Positions 52,301 through 64,000 of a stretch of 64,000 nucleotides of DNA are shown one piece after another; the stretch's first letter is position 1; each line of letters starts with the position of its first letter. The notes under the pieces are model-generated. The model saw nothing but the letters and a program-made list of their open reading frames with translations, was not told the DNA's origin and made no database searches. The translations under genes were made by a program, and so were the position numbers. The stretch covers positions 16,261,937 to 16,325,936 of the forward strand of contig NC_068990.1 of assembly GCF_001194135.2 (NCBI RefSeq), read 5' to 3'. Origin of the DNA: Octopus bimaculoides. Taxonomy: Eukaryota.

Positions 52301-53278
52301 GGCTGTTTGGGTAATGGCAACTAACCCAGATGGACAACTTTAATAGAAAAGCCTATTATTTTCATTGAGCTTGTGGCAAATATATTACCAGCTTTCTGCT
52401 ACCAGAATTTCCCAGAAGTGTGGATGGCCTTACACAAGATTTCACCATTGAAGTGGGTAATCTAATAACTATAATATTGGTTGTTGGACCCTCATATGTT
52501 AAAATCAATGGAAGAGTCCATTTTATGTGTGTGTGGATGGATAGACAGATAGATTCAAGAGATCTGAAGCAGAATAGAGAGGGTATGTTATTGATGAGGC
52601 TGTGAATGGCAATGAAACTGATTGATTAACTAACCAAATGATTATTCAAGTGATTGATTAGCTAATTGGTTAAATAGTTAACCAACTGACAAATAATAAT
52701 AAAAAAAATAAAGAAGTGAAATTAGAACCAATGCATGTGTGTGTTTATTGGCATAATGATCCTCCCTGAGATACCACAAAATGTTTCACATGAGTTCACA
52801 TCAAGAATCTTGCAAAGGAATTAGAAGTATGTGTGTGTGACTGAACCCAACAGGGACCTATTTACATTTATATATATATATATATATATAATATATATAT
52901 GTATATAAGTAAATGAATGTCTGTCAGGTTCACCATTGTTTATTTCAGTTGTTCAGTCAATTAGTTTGTAAGTGGGTGAATGTCTCACAAATACATGTAC
53001 TCAATAACTCTGTACTCACTTGAATATAAACATCTTAACCACCCAGCCATGTCTGCATCTGTAGTATGTGTGTGTGTGTGTGCACACGCACATACTCTCT
53101 CTCTCTCTCTCTCTTACATACGTTTAAAGTCATATTTTAGTTTTGATTTATTTATTTCTTAGACAAACAATAAATCAGCTTTTCACTAATCCTATTCATT
53201 CTTAGCATAAACTAAAAGATTACTTATTTGCTACATCATTCTTCCTGACAATTATTATTATTATTATTATTATTATTA

Positions 53279-53497
53279 TGGTGAGCTGGCAGAAATGTTA
53301 GCACGCTGGATGAAATGCTTAACGGTATTTTGCCCGTTGCTGTTCTGAGTTCAAACTTCGCTGAGGTCAACTTTACCTTTCATCTTTTCGGGGTTGATAA
53401 AATACGTACCAGTTGAACACTGGGGTTGATGTAATCAACTCATCCCCTTCCCCAAAATTCCTGCCCTTGTAGCAAAATTTGAAACCATTATTATTAT
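53279..53497 (+). mobile_element. Relatively young family B SINE (CpGs retained) between (ATT)n tracts
   Basis: ggtgagctggcagaaatgttagcacgctgg...ctgagttcaaacttcgctgaggtc...aaatttgaaaccattattattatt. Confidence 0.82.
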
Positions 53498-55206
53498 TTT
53501 CACCCATGTTGCAGGCATGGCTGTATGGTTAAATAATTTGCATTGCAACCATGTGGTTTTGAATTCAGTCCTACTGTGCAGTACTTTGGGCTACTGTCTT
53601 CTATTATAGCCCAGGGCCAACTCAAGCTTTATGAGTAATCTGCATTACAGAAACTATGTAGAAGTCTATCATGTGTGTGTGTGTGTTTGTCCCCTCCACT
53701 GTTTGACAACTGGTGTTGATTTGTTTCAATCTCCATAACTTAATGGTTTGGCAAAAGAGAATGATAAAATAAGTATCAGCACATAAAAAAGTACCTTGGT
53801 AAATCTATTCAACTAAAGCCCTTCAAATTGGTGCCCCAGCATGGCCACTATCAAATAACTGAAATAGGATAAAAGATAAACTAACAAGTACTCACACATA
53901 ATTTGAGCCATTTCAGGTTTTGGGCCAGAATAAATTTTTGTTGTTAAGATTCTTTAAATTTCTTGCCATCTGGTGTACAACAGTATTAATTAATCTTTAT
54001 GGTTGAAACGATCTGTAAACTCTAATGACACTTCTTTGATATTGTTTCTAAGTAGCAGCATTATTTCTCAGTACTAACCCATCTGAATCTGTCCCTGGTT
54101 CTTTAATAGAAACTCCCTGTGATATTAAACCTTTCATCAAAATTCATGTTAATTTATGTCACCTAAAGGTGGTGAGCTGACAGAATTGTTGGCATGCCAG
54201 GCAAAATGCTTTGACATTTTATCTGTCTTTATGTTCTGAGTTCAAATTCTGCCAAGGTAAACTTTACCTTTCATCTTTTTGGGGATCAATAAAGTACCAG
54301 CATTGGGGTCAGTGTAATCGACTTAACCCTTACCTTGAACTTTCTGGCCTTGTGCCAACATTTGAAACCAATTTATGCTCCAAACACCAGCTTAATAATG
54401 ACAAAGTTACTTTTAGAATTAACTGAAACAAAAGATTTGAATTATCTCATCTACATAAGGCCTCACACTTTCAATTATTCTCTTTTATTTCATTAGTTTT
54501 GCTCTCTGATTAATAATTTATTTATTTATTTGTATATTTTTTTACATTCTTTCTATTTTTGCCCTTTCTGAAATATTAGAAAATTTTCCTAGTTTGTTTG
54601 ATCTGCACAGATATTTTTTGCCTTTAATACTTACTAAACAATATTGTATTCCGTTTTCTTCTGTCAAAGGCTTCCTTTTAGATTAAAACAAAAACAAACA
54701 AAAATTCCTGCAGCTTTTTAAAATAATATTCTGACAACTGCCATTAGCAAACTGTTTCTGTGAAATGTTATTTATTGTTTAAACAAAACTATTGAAGGTT
54801 TTGGATTTACATCAATTTGTCAAAGATGGAATGCGTCAAGAGACACAAAAAAACCCACATTATCAGAAGATTCCATCAGTGGTCAATTACTTTCCAGAAA
54901 TTGAGTAAATATTTCTGGAAGCAGTTCTTGTTCCAAAAGTACACTGATTGGTCTTTGGTTATCATTATAGTAAGATCTTAATTAAAGTGGTGAGCTGGTA
55001 GAATCGTTAAAACATTGAAAGTAAAAAATGCTTTGCATTATTTGTTCCAACTATTTACATTCTGATTTCAAATCTTGCCATGGTCTCCATTGCCTTTCAA
55101 CCCTCCAGGGTTGATAAAATTTGTACCAGTCAAAAACTGGGCTCAGTGGTACCAATTATTTGCACTTCCCTCAAAATTCTTGGCCTTGTGCCTAAATCAG
55201 AAACCA

Positions 55207-55586
55207 TTAACCCATTTGTTACTATATTTCTGTTGAAAGATGCTGTATTCTTTAAAATTGAATTTTAAAACAATGACGAATTTAGTAAAATAAACTTTGT
55301 CATTATTAAGCTGGTGTTTGGAACATAAATTCATGTGAAATTTTGATGGAAGGTTTTAATTTAGATCACTAAGTCTTTTTTGTTATATTTCTGTTGAGAT
55401 ACATGGCCTTCATTTCGATTAGTTTTGAAAATAATGAAGAATTTAGCAAAATAACTTTGTCATTATTGAACTGTTGTTTGAACATTGACATGAAATTTTG
55501 ATGAAAGATTTTAATTTAGATTGCTAGATGTGTTTGTATCATTGAACAAGGAACAGTCACAGGCAGGTTGGTATCAAAAGGGTTAA
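55207..55586. mobile_element. TTAA-ended MITE, family D, with internal duplication; related copies near 3820, 7700-8260, 14200-14760, 15400-15700, 22370, 23030, 50160, 57500 and 63572-63923
   Basis: ttaacccatttgttac...ggtatcaaaagggttaa termini. The internal aatttagtaaaataaactttgtcattatt segment occurs twice. Confidence 0.75.
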
Positions 55587-56469
55587 GATCACAATAACAC
55601 AAGTTTTCTCTAACTGAATCTTATATAATATCCTGTTAATTATGATCCATTATGATAGATGTGAATTTGCTGGTTAGATTGTGTTCATAATGTGCAGGTG
55701 ATGGTCTGTTCTTGTCAAAAAACAATCCTTTACTATTAACTTTATCATTAATATTGTAAATTATTTTCTATATTATATAGTCCCCAGAGAATTATTCCTC
55801 TTTAGCTATCTTACTTTTAGACATATTCTCTGTTAACATTCAGCTCTAGCTGTTCTCCACCTCTTCCTCCTGACAGCCTCTCTACTGTAATAATCATGAC
55901 CACATATACTGTTTCTTATATTCCCTTACAACTCAAGTCTGCACTACTTAGTCAATCACCTGATTCTCCGAGATCCCATGTCTTCCCTGCCCCCTTAATG
56001 TCAATCCCTTAGCTCTCCTATTGTAACTTTAGAGTGTTTTGTATTTTTTACCTATTTTACCACTTCAGCTTTTTCTTCTTCACTTCTATTCACTGGCACT
56101 TTTCTCACTCATTCACCTACCTTACTATTTTCTTTTTATACACAAAACAAAATTCCTTTACTGAAGCTGTTTAATCTTTTTACGTTATAAAATACACTTT
56201 CAGTCCTACCTTGATTTTGCTTGAAGTGATTATCTCCCTTCCAATAACTAGCCACCAGAGTGCATCCTGTGTCTGAATTACTCTAATTATGAATTCTAGA
56301 AATATTCACACATACTGACAATGATAGTCAAGGTGATATGTCTCTGAAATTATATCTCTTCTAACATATAACGAAGGCTAAATTACTATGAAATTCATTT
56401 GCAGTCAAAACCATACTAAGTAATGACATTAAGAACACTTTTGCAAGGTTGAAGTAATTTGTATGTAGG

Positions 56470-56516
<47 letters not shown>

Positions 56517-59500
56517 AATTGCTGAACTACTTATTGTCTATGAAGAAGCAGAAGAAAAAGAAACACATTTCATGAATGTCTTCTAAACTGAAATTGTTTT
56601 TCATCTAGAAGAAATGTCTCACTTTGTAAAATGTTTAACATAGTTTAATTTATTTACCTTGGGTTATATGTCATACTGATGATTTCTAATAAGAATGAAA
56701 TGATGTGATAGAAATTTTAAGCCCCAAAAAAACAAAACAAAAAAACAACTAAATATGTGTTTTCTATGCATGTGTATATTTNNNNNNNNNNNNNNNNNNN
56801 NNNNNNNNNNNNNNNNNNNNNNNNNNNNNNNNNNNNNNNNNNNNNNNNNNNNNNNNNNNNNNNNNNNNNNNNNNNNNNNNNNNNNNNNNNNNNNNNNNNN
56901 NNNNNNNNNNNNNNNNNNNNNNNNNNNNNNNNNNNNNNNNNNNNNNNNNNNNNNNNNNNNNNNNNNNNNNNNNNNNNNNNNNNNNNNNNNNNNNNNNNNN
57001 NNNNNNNNNNNNNNNNNNNNNNNNNNNNNNNNNNNNNNNNNNNNNNNNNNNNNNNNNNNNNNNNNNNNNNNNNNNNNNNNNNNNNNNNNNNNNNNNNNNN
57101 NNNNNNNNNNNNNNNNNNNNNNNNNNNNNNNNNNNNNNNNNNNNNNNNNNNNNNNNNNNNNNNNNNNNNNNNTATATATATATATATATATATATATATC
57201 ATAAATATATAATATTTATAAAATATTATAAATAAATATAAATAATCTCTTGTCAGTCATATTTTTGTCTTGGTCAACACTTTGATAGCCCTAATAATCT
57301 ATACCCATTTTATTTAAATTAGCATTTTTTTCTTTTGCAATCCGCTTCCAGTTTTGATGAATCAATATCTATAGAATGTTCTCACAATTATATTGCTACT
57401 TTTTGTATTTTGCACCATAATATGGGCCCACTTTCTTACTCCAACCTCTGCAAATACAGGAATGCTTTATTTGTTCTCTGACAATATTCCTTGTTTTCTA
57501 CTTTTTACCCCATTTGTTATCATTTTACTGTTAATACACTCTGCCCTTTCCCCTCAATTCATTTCGAAAATAATGAGGAATTTAGTAAAATAACTATCGA
57601 TATTAAGCTGGTGTTTGGAGCAGAAACAAACAAGGAAAAATTTCATTTCGATTACTTTTGAAATGAGTGGTCTCCGGTGGGTTGGTACCAAAAAAAACTA
57701 AGGCAATTATTAGTCTACCTGTTGCTTTGATGAAAACGTTTTACCTTGGTAGCATTATAAATATATACTGCTGTTTCTTTAATCTAAATCTGACACATTT
57801 TTCACCTGTAAAGTAATGATATACGTACTCAAAGAATGCCATTACTATATCAGCCTGGATTTTCTTTATGGAAGTCTTGTTTTATTCATGTTTTCTCCTT
57901 TAATTCATATTCTATAATGAGTGCCATAAAATTTTATCATATATTATGTTTCATGCCATTTCATTTATATTTTGTTAGAAATTATTGTCATTATACTGTT
58001 CATGTTCTGATTTCAAATCTCACTGAAGTTGATTACGCCTTTCATCTTTTGGGGTTGATAAAATACAATACTAGTTGAGCACTGGGGGTCAATGTAATCA
58101 ATTTCTTCCCTCCACTCAAAATTGCTGGTCTTGTGCTGAAATTTGAAACCATTTTTATTTAGGTGGTGAACTGACCCATTAGAACGTCAGACAAAATGCT
58201 TAGCAATATTTCTTCCCACTCGTTACATTCTGAGTTCAAATTCTGTCAACACCAACTTAAATTTTATCCTTTTGTGGTTGATAAAAGAAAATACCAGTCA
58301 AGTAATAAGGTGAATGTAATCGACTAAGCCCCGCCTCCAAAACTGCTGGCTTTGTGCTGTCAAAATTTGAAACCATTATTATTATTTGCTCAAAAATACA
58401 TACCAATTATCACTTTTAACAATGGTTTTCTATTTACAGATTGCATCATATACTGTGATAAAGATGGCTATATTCAGCAAAAGTAGTATTTCAGAGATGA
58501 TGTGAAAGCAGTCTCCTCATATTCTAACAAACAATTGTTATTAGTAGAGAAAGAACTCTGCTGTCATACGATTCAACCATTCTTTATACAGGTTTTAGAA
58601 ATGTCAATTTAAACTCAACTCCTCTATCATACCCCATTGTTACTCCCACTCAGGAAGACTCATCTAATTGTCATTATATTCTTTGTAACAGAATTATTCT
58701 CTTCATTTAGAATTTAAAAAATCTTTTTTCTGTTTTTGTAAAGGAAACAAACCATTGTTGTCTTTTGGTTTGATTCCAATACAATTGGTTTTTAAAATAC
58801 ATAGATTTTTCTTCCTTACAGATCATATCCTACTGTCTGATTTATCATCTTTCCTGAGCCACTGCTCTCTCTCTCAATCACAGCTCCACTCTTATTCATC
58901 ATTCATTACAGCTACCTTCTTTCACACCCTTATAAAATTACCCCCCCCCCACTGTCCATACTCTCTATTGTACCTTCAGAATTTGTCCTGGCATCTAGAC
59001 ACCACCATCTTTATATTACTCCCAACTACTCTCACCCACCCTTGTATGATGCAGAGTAGCCTTGTATTTCCTCTGTAACAAGACCCCTGTGCTTGTCCTT
59101 CAGTCATACTTTAGCCTCTCAACACCTGGCATAAGACCACCTCTCGTTCTCTCACATTCATCCCCCTATTACTTGAGGGACTTTTCCCTTTCCTTTTCTT
59201 GTCATGCAACTTACTCTGCATCCTAGCTACTACCAGTTATATGACAAACTGCGCCCAGTACACACTGTAAAGTGACTGGTGTTACAAAGAGCATCCAGCC
59301 ATAGAAACCATGCTCATAGCCGACATTTGACTTTGATCAAACTGTCCAACTCATGCCAGCATGAAAAGTGGACATTAAATGCTAGTTGAGGCAACATTTT
59401 TAACATTATAACCCTTGTTAGGCTCCTTTTGCTTTGACCAAATTAAAACTATTATTATTTTGGCAGAATTGTTAGCTTGCCAAACAAAATGCCTGGTTAC

Positions 59501-59655
59501 GCAAGTTGACTCATAGAATCCCATACTAATATGAAAATGATCAAGTCTAGAATTTTATCAGTTTGATAATAATCCTGGTATAAGATTAATGTATTCCTCC
59601 TGGTTACTAAAATTATATCTTTGTTCAACTAGAAATATTTCTAATGAAAATAAAC

Positions 59656-60030
59656 AGCTATGGCTATGTGGTTGCTTCCCAACCACATGGTTTCAGGTTC
59701 AGTCCCACTGTGTAGCACCTCGGGCAAGTGTCTTCTATTATATTCCTGGGCTGAGCAAAGCCTTTGGAGTGGATTTGGCAGACAGAAACTTAAAGAAGCC
59801 TGTCATATACATCATGTATGTGTGTCAGTTTCTTCTTGTTTTGAAATTGTGTGATTGTTGTAAATGAATGTTGTTCATTTTCAATTTTCTGTGAAAACTT
59901 GTGCAGCCATAGGGAACTATTACTTTTCTTGGAAACAGATGAGGGTTGGCAATGGAAGTGTATCCACCTGTAAAAAACTGTCTGGCACAAGTAAGCATGG
60001 AAATTTAGATGTTAAGTTAATGATGATGAT
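59656..60030 (+). mobile_element. Family A SINE with (GAT)n tail
   Basis: ccaaccacatggtttcaggttcagtcccactgtgtagcacctcgggcaagtgtcttc...gcatggaaatttagatgttaagttaatgatgatgat. Confidence 0.8.
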
Positions 60031-60833
60031 ATTTAGAAATGAAATACAAAAGAATACTAGTTATTAATAGCAAACTGAATGACAAAGTTTTAGGTGTTTC
60101 TTTTGTAATCTAACAAACCATTCTGAATTGTATTCTGTAGGGATAATTTCATTTTTGGTTATTATATTGTTTCAGAAACCACTCTTTGATATGCTATATG
60201 TCTGATCCCCAGGAGCTTATGTGTCTAATAGATGGGTTTTCATCTTTGATGTAAGCTGAAAGAGATCCAGCTTAGTAGCTAAATTAGGTTCAATAATTTA
60301 TATGCCTTATTTTATATTGTTTAAATAATTTCCTAGCTTTTCTTTTTAAGTAATGATTAACTCCCTTGTGATAAGTTCATATTTTTCTTTGTTTATTGTA
60401 TATGTACATATGTGTATATACATTGGTATATGTTTGTGTGTGTATGGTTTACATATATACTTACATACATACAAATGTATGTTTATGTATGTGTGTTTTG
60501 TGATGTCATCAGATGGTGCAAGGGTGGTTCTATAGACTACAACCTTTAAAAGGCAGGATCCGCCAATGGACAGTTATTAGGATGTCTGAGGTTATAGGTT
60601 GGAATGTAAAATGAAGACTGCATGCATGTGTGCTTGCTTCGTTTGTAGCATGCAATATTGTCTTTGCATGATTAGCTTACTCTGACATTATGGGAATTTA
60701 AGATTTTATGATATGTCACAAACATCTAGATTGCATAGAGGGTTAAACCAGATTGTCTTTCTCTTTCTAACTATCTTCAGGTTTGGGTATTGGAAATCCT
60801 TCACATACACCAATCAGTAAAGCCACATTTATG

Positions 60834-61053
60834 TACGAGGGCATGCTGAGAAGTTCCTGGCTTTAGGTAAAAGAAAATACAGGAGGGGCAGTTTATTATG
60901 ATTTTATGTAACATATTCCCCTCTCAGATTGACACACTTATTACAGTGGTCCTTCAGTTTTTCTAAGCCTTGTAAAAGAACTTGGAAGGTTGGGGCTCCA
61001 GCCAGGCATTTTGTCATACCCTTAAAGCCAGGAACTGTTGTTCAGCACCCTCT

Positions 61054-61056
<3 letters not shown>
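60834..61056. mobile_element. Mariner-derived MITE with about 30-bp TIRs
   Basis: tacgagggcatgctgagaagttcctggctttag pairs with ttaaagccaggaactgttgttcagcaccctcttgt. Confidence 0.75.
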
Positions 61057-61108
<52 letters not shown>

Positions 61109-61289
61109 GAGGAGAAAAAGAAAGATCTTACATAACTTGCCACTGTAAGGTAACTTGGGTTGTGGTGGGGCCTGACCTACCTCCCCTCCAAAAGAGGCAG
61201 AGAATTTTGTGTTATAGTGCAGGGCACTAGCCCAGCATATGAACATTAAAGTCACTGGAGTAACTGCAACCCTACTGAATTACCTCATC

Positions 61290-62800
61290 AATAATATCTG
61301 GATTGACATCTGCTGCTGGTGTAAACTTCCAGCAAGGGTTAAAAGGAACTTCATTGTGCATAGCAGCAGAATGTTTCCCCTCCTATTTCCTGATAAAGAC
61401 TCACAAACAGGGACTTAATCTCCAAATCAGACCCATAGCCTCTGGTTTAGAATGGCCCTTTTATGAAGCCTCATGGCTCCTAGCAGTTCAGATAAACTTC
61501 ATGCAGTGGCTACAATGATTTAAATCCATTATCCTTAGATGCAACAAGCATGTCATCAGCCTGGACGTGGTCTCACTCTACACTTTAGTGCCTGCACTCC
61601 CCTTTGTTAACTTGACAACAGACAGCATCACTTCTGATACACCAGCTATTGTCAGTCATTGTCACCAACATGACCATTGACTTCCTCAGCAATACATGCA
61701 ATGTTCCAGCCTGCCTAAGTGGTCCAGTCTCTTAGGTCTACTGGCCATTATTTACTTGAACCAGTTGAAGTACAGAAGCACTCAGTACCTACTGCTCATA
61801 CTGTTTTTTCACCAGGTCCATGGATGACATCCTCATACTCATCTTCCTGAGAGGAGTCCATCACAATACTGAATACCTTTAACAATCTAAAGCAGCACAT
61901 TATCAAGTTCACAATTGAACACCCTGACAACATGAATCCCTGTCTCTGCTTGACTTTTGATTAAGCATTGGAGACAAGGAAAAAAATCAGCATGGTATTC
62001 TACCAAAATGCAACAAGCTTAGACCTTTCCATTCACTTCAAGTCAGCTCTTGCCCTCAGTGCCAAAACTGGCTATGTATGGAGTGAGATCATCTGTATTT
62101 ACTACAGATGCAGTGACAACACTAGCCAAGTTAACCTGAACCATTCAGTTCCCCTGGGAAGGAATTAGTGTGTACCCAGCATCTGTTAACACTCTCTATA
62201 AATACAAGCTAGGTAAATGAAGCAGGAGGAATTTCTCTAGCACCTGTTTCCTGAGGATACCTCATTTAAATTTTACTGACCAATTATATTGATGGCTGGA
62301 CTTTGGTCAATCCCATTACGGACAATAAGTGGTTGGTCTTTATAATATATCAGTAAGTATATTAATGTAATTAATTTATGGGTATGTTATTTGGATAAAT
62401 ATTAATTAGTACTATTTATGAAATCTTAAGTACTATTCTTTTTCTAGACCAGTTGGCATATCCCTTTAGACTAAAGTGCTTATTTTTTATCATTTATACA
62501 TCCTGTTACCCTTAAAGAAACATTAACCCACCTATTAATTTTCTAGTTTAGTCATTTACTCAATGGTCTGAAGTGTTACACTGCAAAATGATATGATTCA
62601 AATATATTAAGCCTTCTTTCTTCCTGTCGAGGCCCTCTTTTCTTTTATGTATTTTTCTTCACTCTGATGAAGCTCCATGTACCAGAACGGATGTGCTATA
62701 GAATATGATGAATATTATTCTCAGAATTTTCTTTGGCAGCACTAAGGGAAATTAAAAGCAGAAACGGCTGTTAGATGGGATAAAGTTTTGTATTAAAAAA
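61290..62800 (+). mobile_element. Degraded Penelope-like element: RT remnant plus 3' terminal region
   Basis: YFLIKTHK..LQIRPIASG, HVISLDVVSLYT, GLLAIIYL, RSMDDILI, IKFTIEHP and FYQNATSLDLSIHFKSAL..K....EIICIYYRCS follow the PLE RT motif order. The 3' region carries ctgatgaagc...gaaacggc...ataaag. Confidence 0.82.
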
Positions 62801-62833
62801 TAATAATCGATGGTAGTCAATTTGCTGCTTAAT

Positions 62834-62876
<43 letters not shown>

Positions 62877-64000
62877 CACACATACATATTGAGAAGAGGT
62901 AAGGTTAAGAAGATAGAAACAAATTTGAGTATTTTGACGTGTTAATGAAGAAGAAAAAAATAACTAAAAATAATTTATTTCATTGTTGTATCAGTCTTAC
63001 TGCATGACACCTAGAGCAAGTCCTTCTATTCTAACCCTGGGCTGACCAAAACTTGGTGAGTGGATTTGGTAGAAGGAAAGTGAAAGAAGCTCATCACATG
63101 TGTTTGTATATATACACAAGAGTTGTAAGTGAGTGTCACTCTCATACAAGCAATGTTTCATGAAAGTATGTCTGGCAAGGGGGGAAATATTTCCTTGGGG
63201 TTTGGCAACAGGAGGGACATCTGGCTGTAGAAAATCTGCCTCAACGAATTCTTTGTCATCCATGCAAGCATGGAAAAGAGAACCTTAAGACAATGTTGAT
63301 GCTGACAAGGATGGTGTTGTTGCTGAGTAGAAGAGACAAGTCTTAAGTCTGCTAGAAACCTAAAAAAACTGATGGGAGAAATTATAGGAACATTTTGTTG
63401 AATTCTTTATTGGACATCTTTTAAATTTAAAATTATTGGGAATTGTTCTTATTTAATTCTCCAGTTTTTCTTTGTAATTTCATGATTTTTCTACAAAGCA
63501 TCCACAGGCCATACAGTAATGCATCTTTTGTTTTATTTTTTTGTTTCTTTTTTTATCTTTCAATTTCACTACTTTTGATACCAACCTGCCTCAGACTGTC
63601 CATGCTTCCATGAAAAAAAACAAAAACTTTTTCAATGAAATCTAAATTTAAACCTTCCATCAAAATTTCATATCAATTCATGTTCCAAACACCATTTTAA
63701 TAATGGCAAAATTATTTTACTAAATTCTTCGTTAACTTCAAAATTAATGGAAACAATAGGAATATGGTAAGATTAGTGATCTAAATTAAAATCATTTATA
63801 CAATTTTGTGCTAATTTTTGTTCCAAACAGCAGTTCAATAACGACAGTTATTTTACTAAATTCTTGAAGATTAATTTCTACAAAGACTGTATTTCAACAG
63901 AAATATGGTAACAAAAAGGTTAAATAACTCCTATTTTACAGTCTGAATTCCATGACTTCTAGTTCCAGTATGTTACTGCTACATATTTGTAAATGAAAAT

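Noticed and set aside
56670-56715. ctgatga...gaaa hammerhead-like spacing
   Set aside because: No helix III/NUH or helix I pairing; chance match in AT-rich DNA.
46335-64000. Expected next Sulf exon (G.FC.C..SNNNTYWC.RT.N)
   Set aside because: Not found by reading; probably beyond 64000 or inside an N-gap.

Overview
AT-rich, repeat-dense eukaryotic genomic DNA from a gapped short-read assembly (five N-gaps, each next to a (TA)n run). The repeat mix (tRNA-derived SINEs, TTAA-ended MITEs, mariner, R4/Dong-, HERO-, RTE- and Penelope-like remnants) suggests a cephalopod, probably Octopus; this is inference, not shown by the sequence. Almost the whole window is intronic to one + strand gene, an extracellular heparan-sulfate 6-O-endosulfatase (Sulf1/Sulf2 family). 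Three exons splice in frame (6082-6242, 23437-23597, 26112-26290) and encode the end of the hydrophilic domain and the start of the C-terminal region. The main surprise is a fourth exon 20 kb downstream (46194-46334), an old, diverged duplicate of the C-x5-C-x3-DNDHWKTPP(Y/F)W module. It is phase 1/phase 1 symmetric, keeps the core peptide through synonymous changes only, and has a much weaker basic cluster. In-frame alternative donors upstream (23578; 26170/26182/26194) could let it replace rather than follow the first copy. I could not find the catalytic-domain exons or the next C-terminal exon in the window. Also present: a decayed 5S rRNA copy, a tRNA-headed short element with a 12-bp TSD and a hammerhead-like tail, and a Penelope remnant with a degenerate hammerhead core. 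No prokaryotic features or CRISPR arrays. Family assignments come from recalled motifs; no searches were run.
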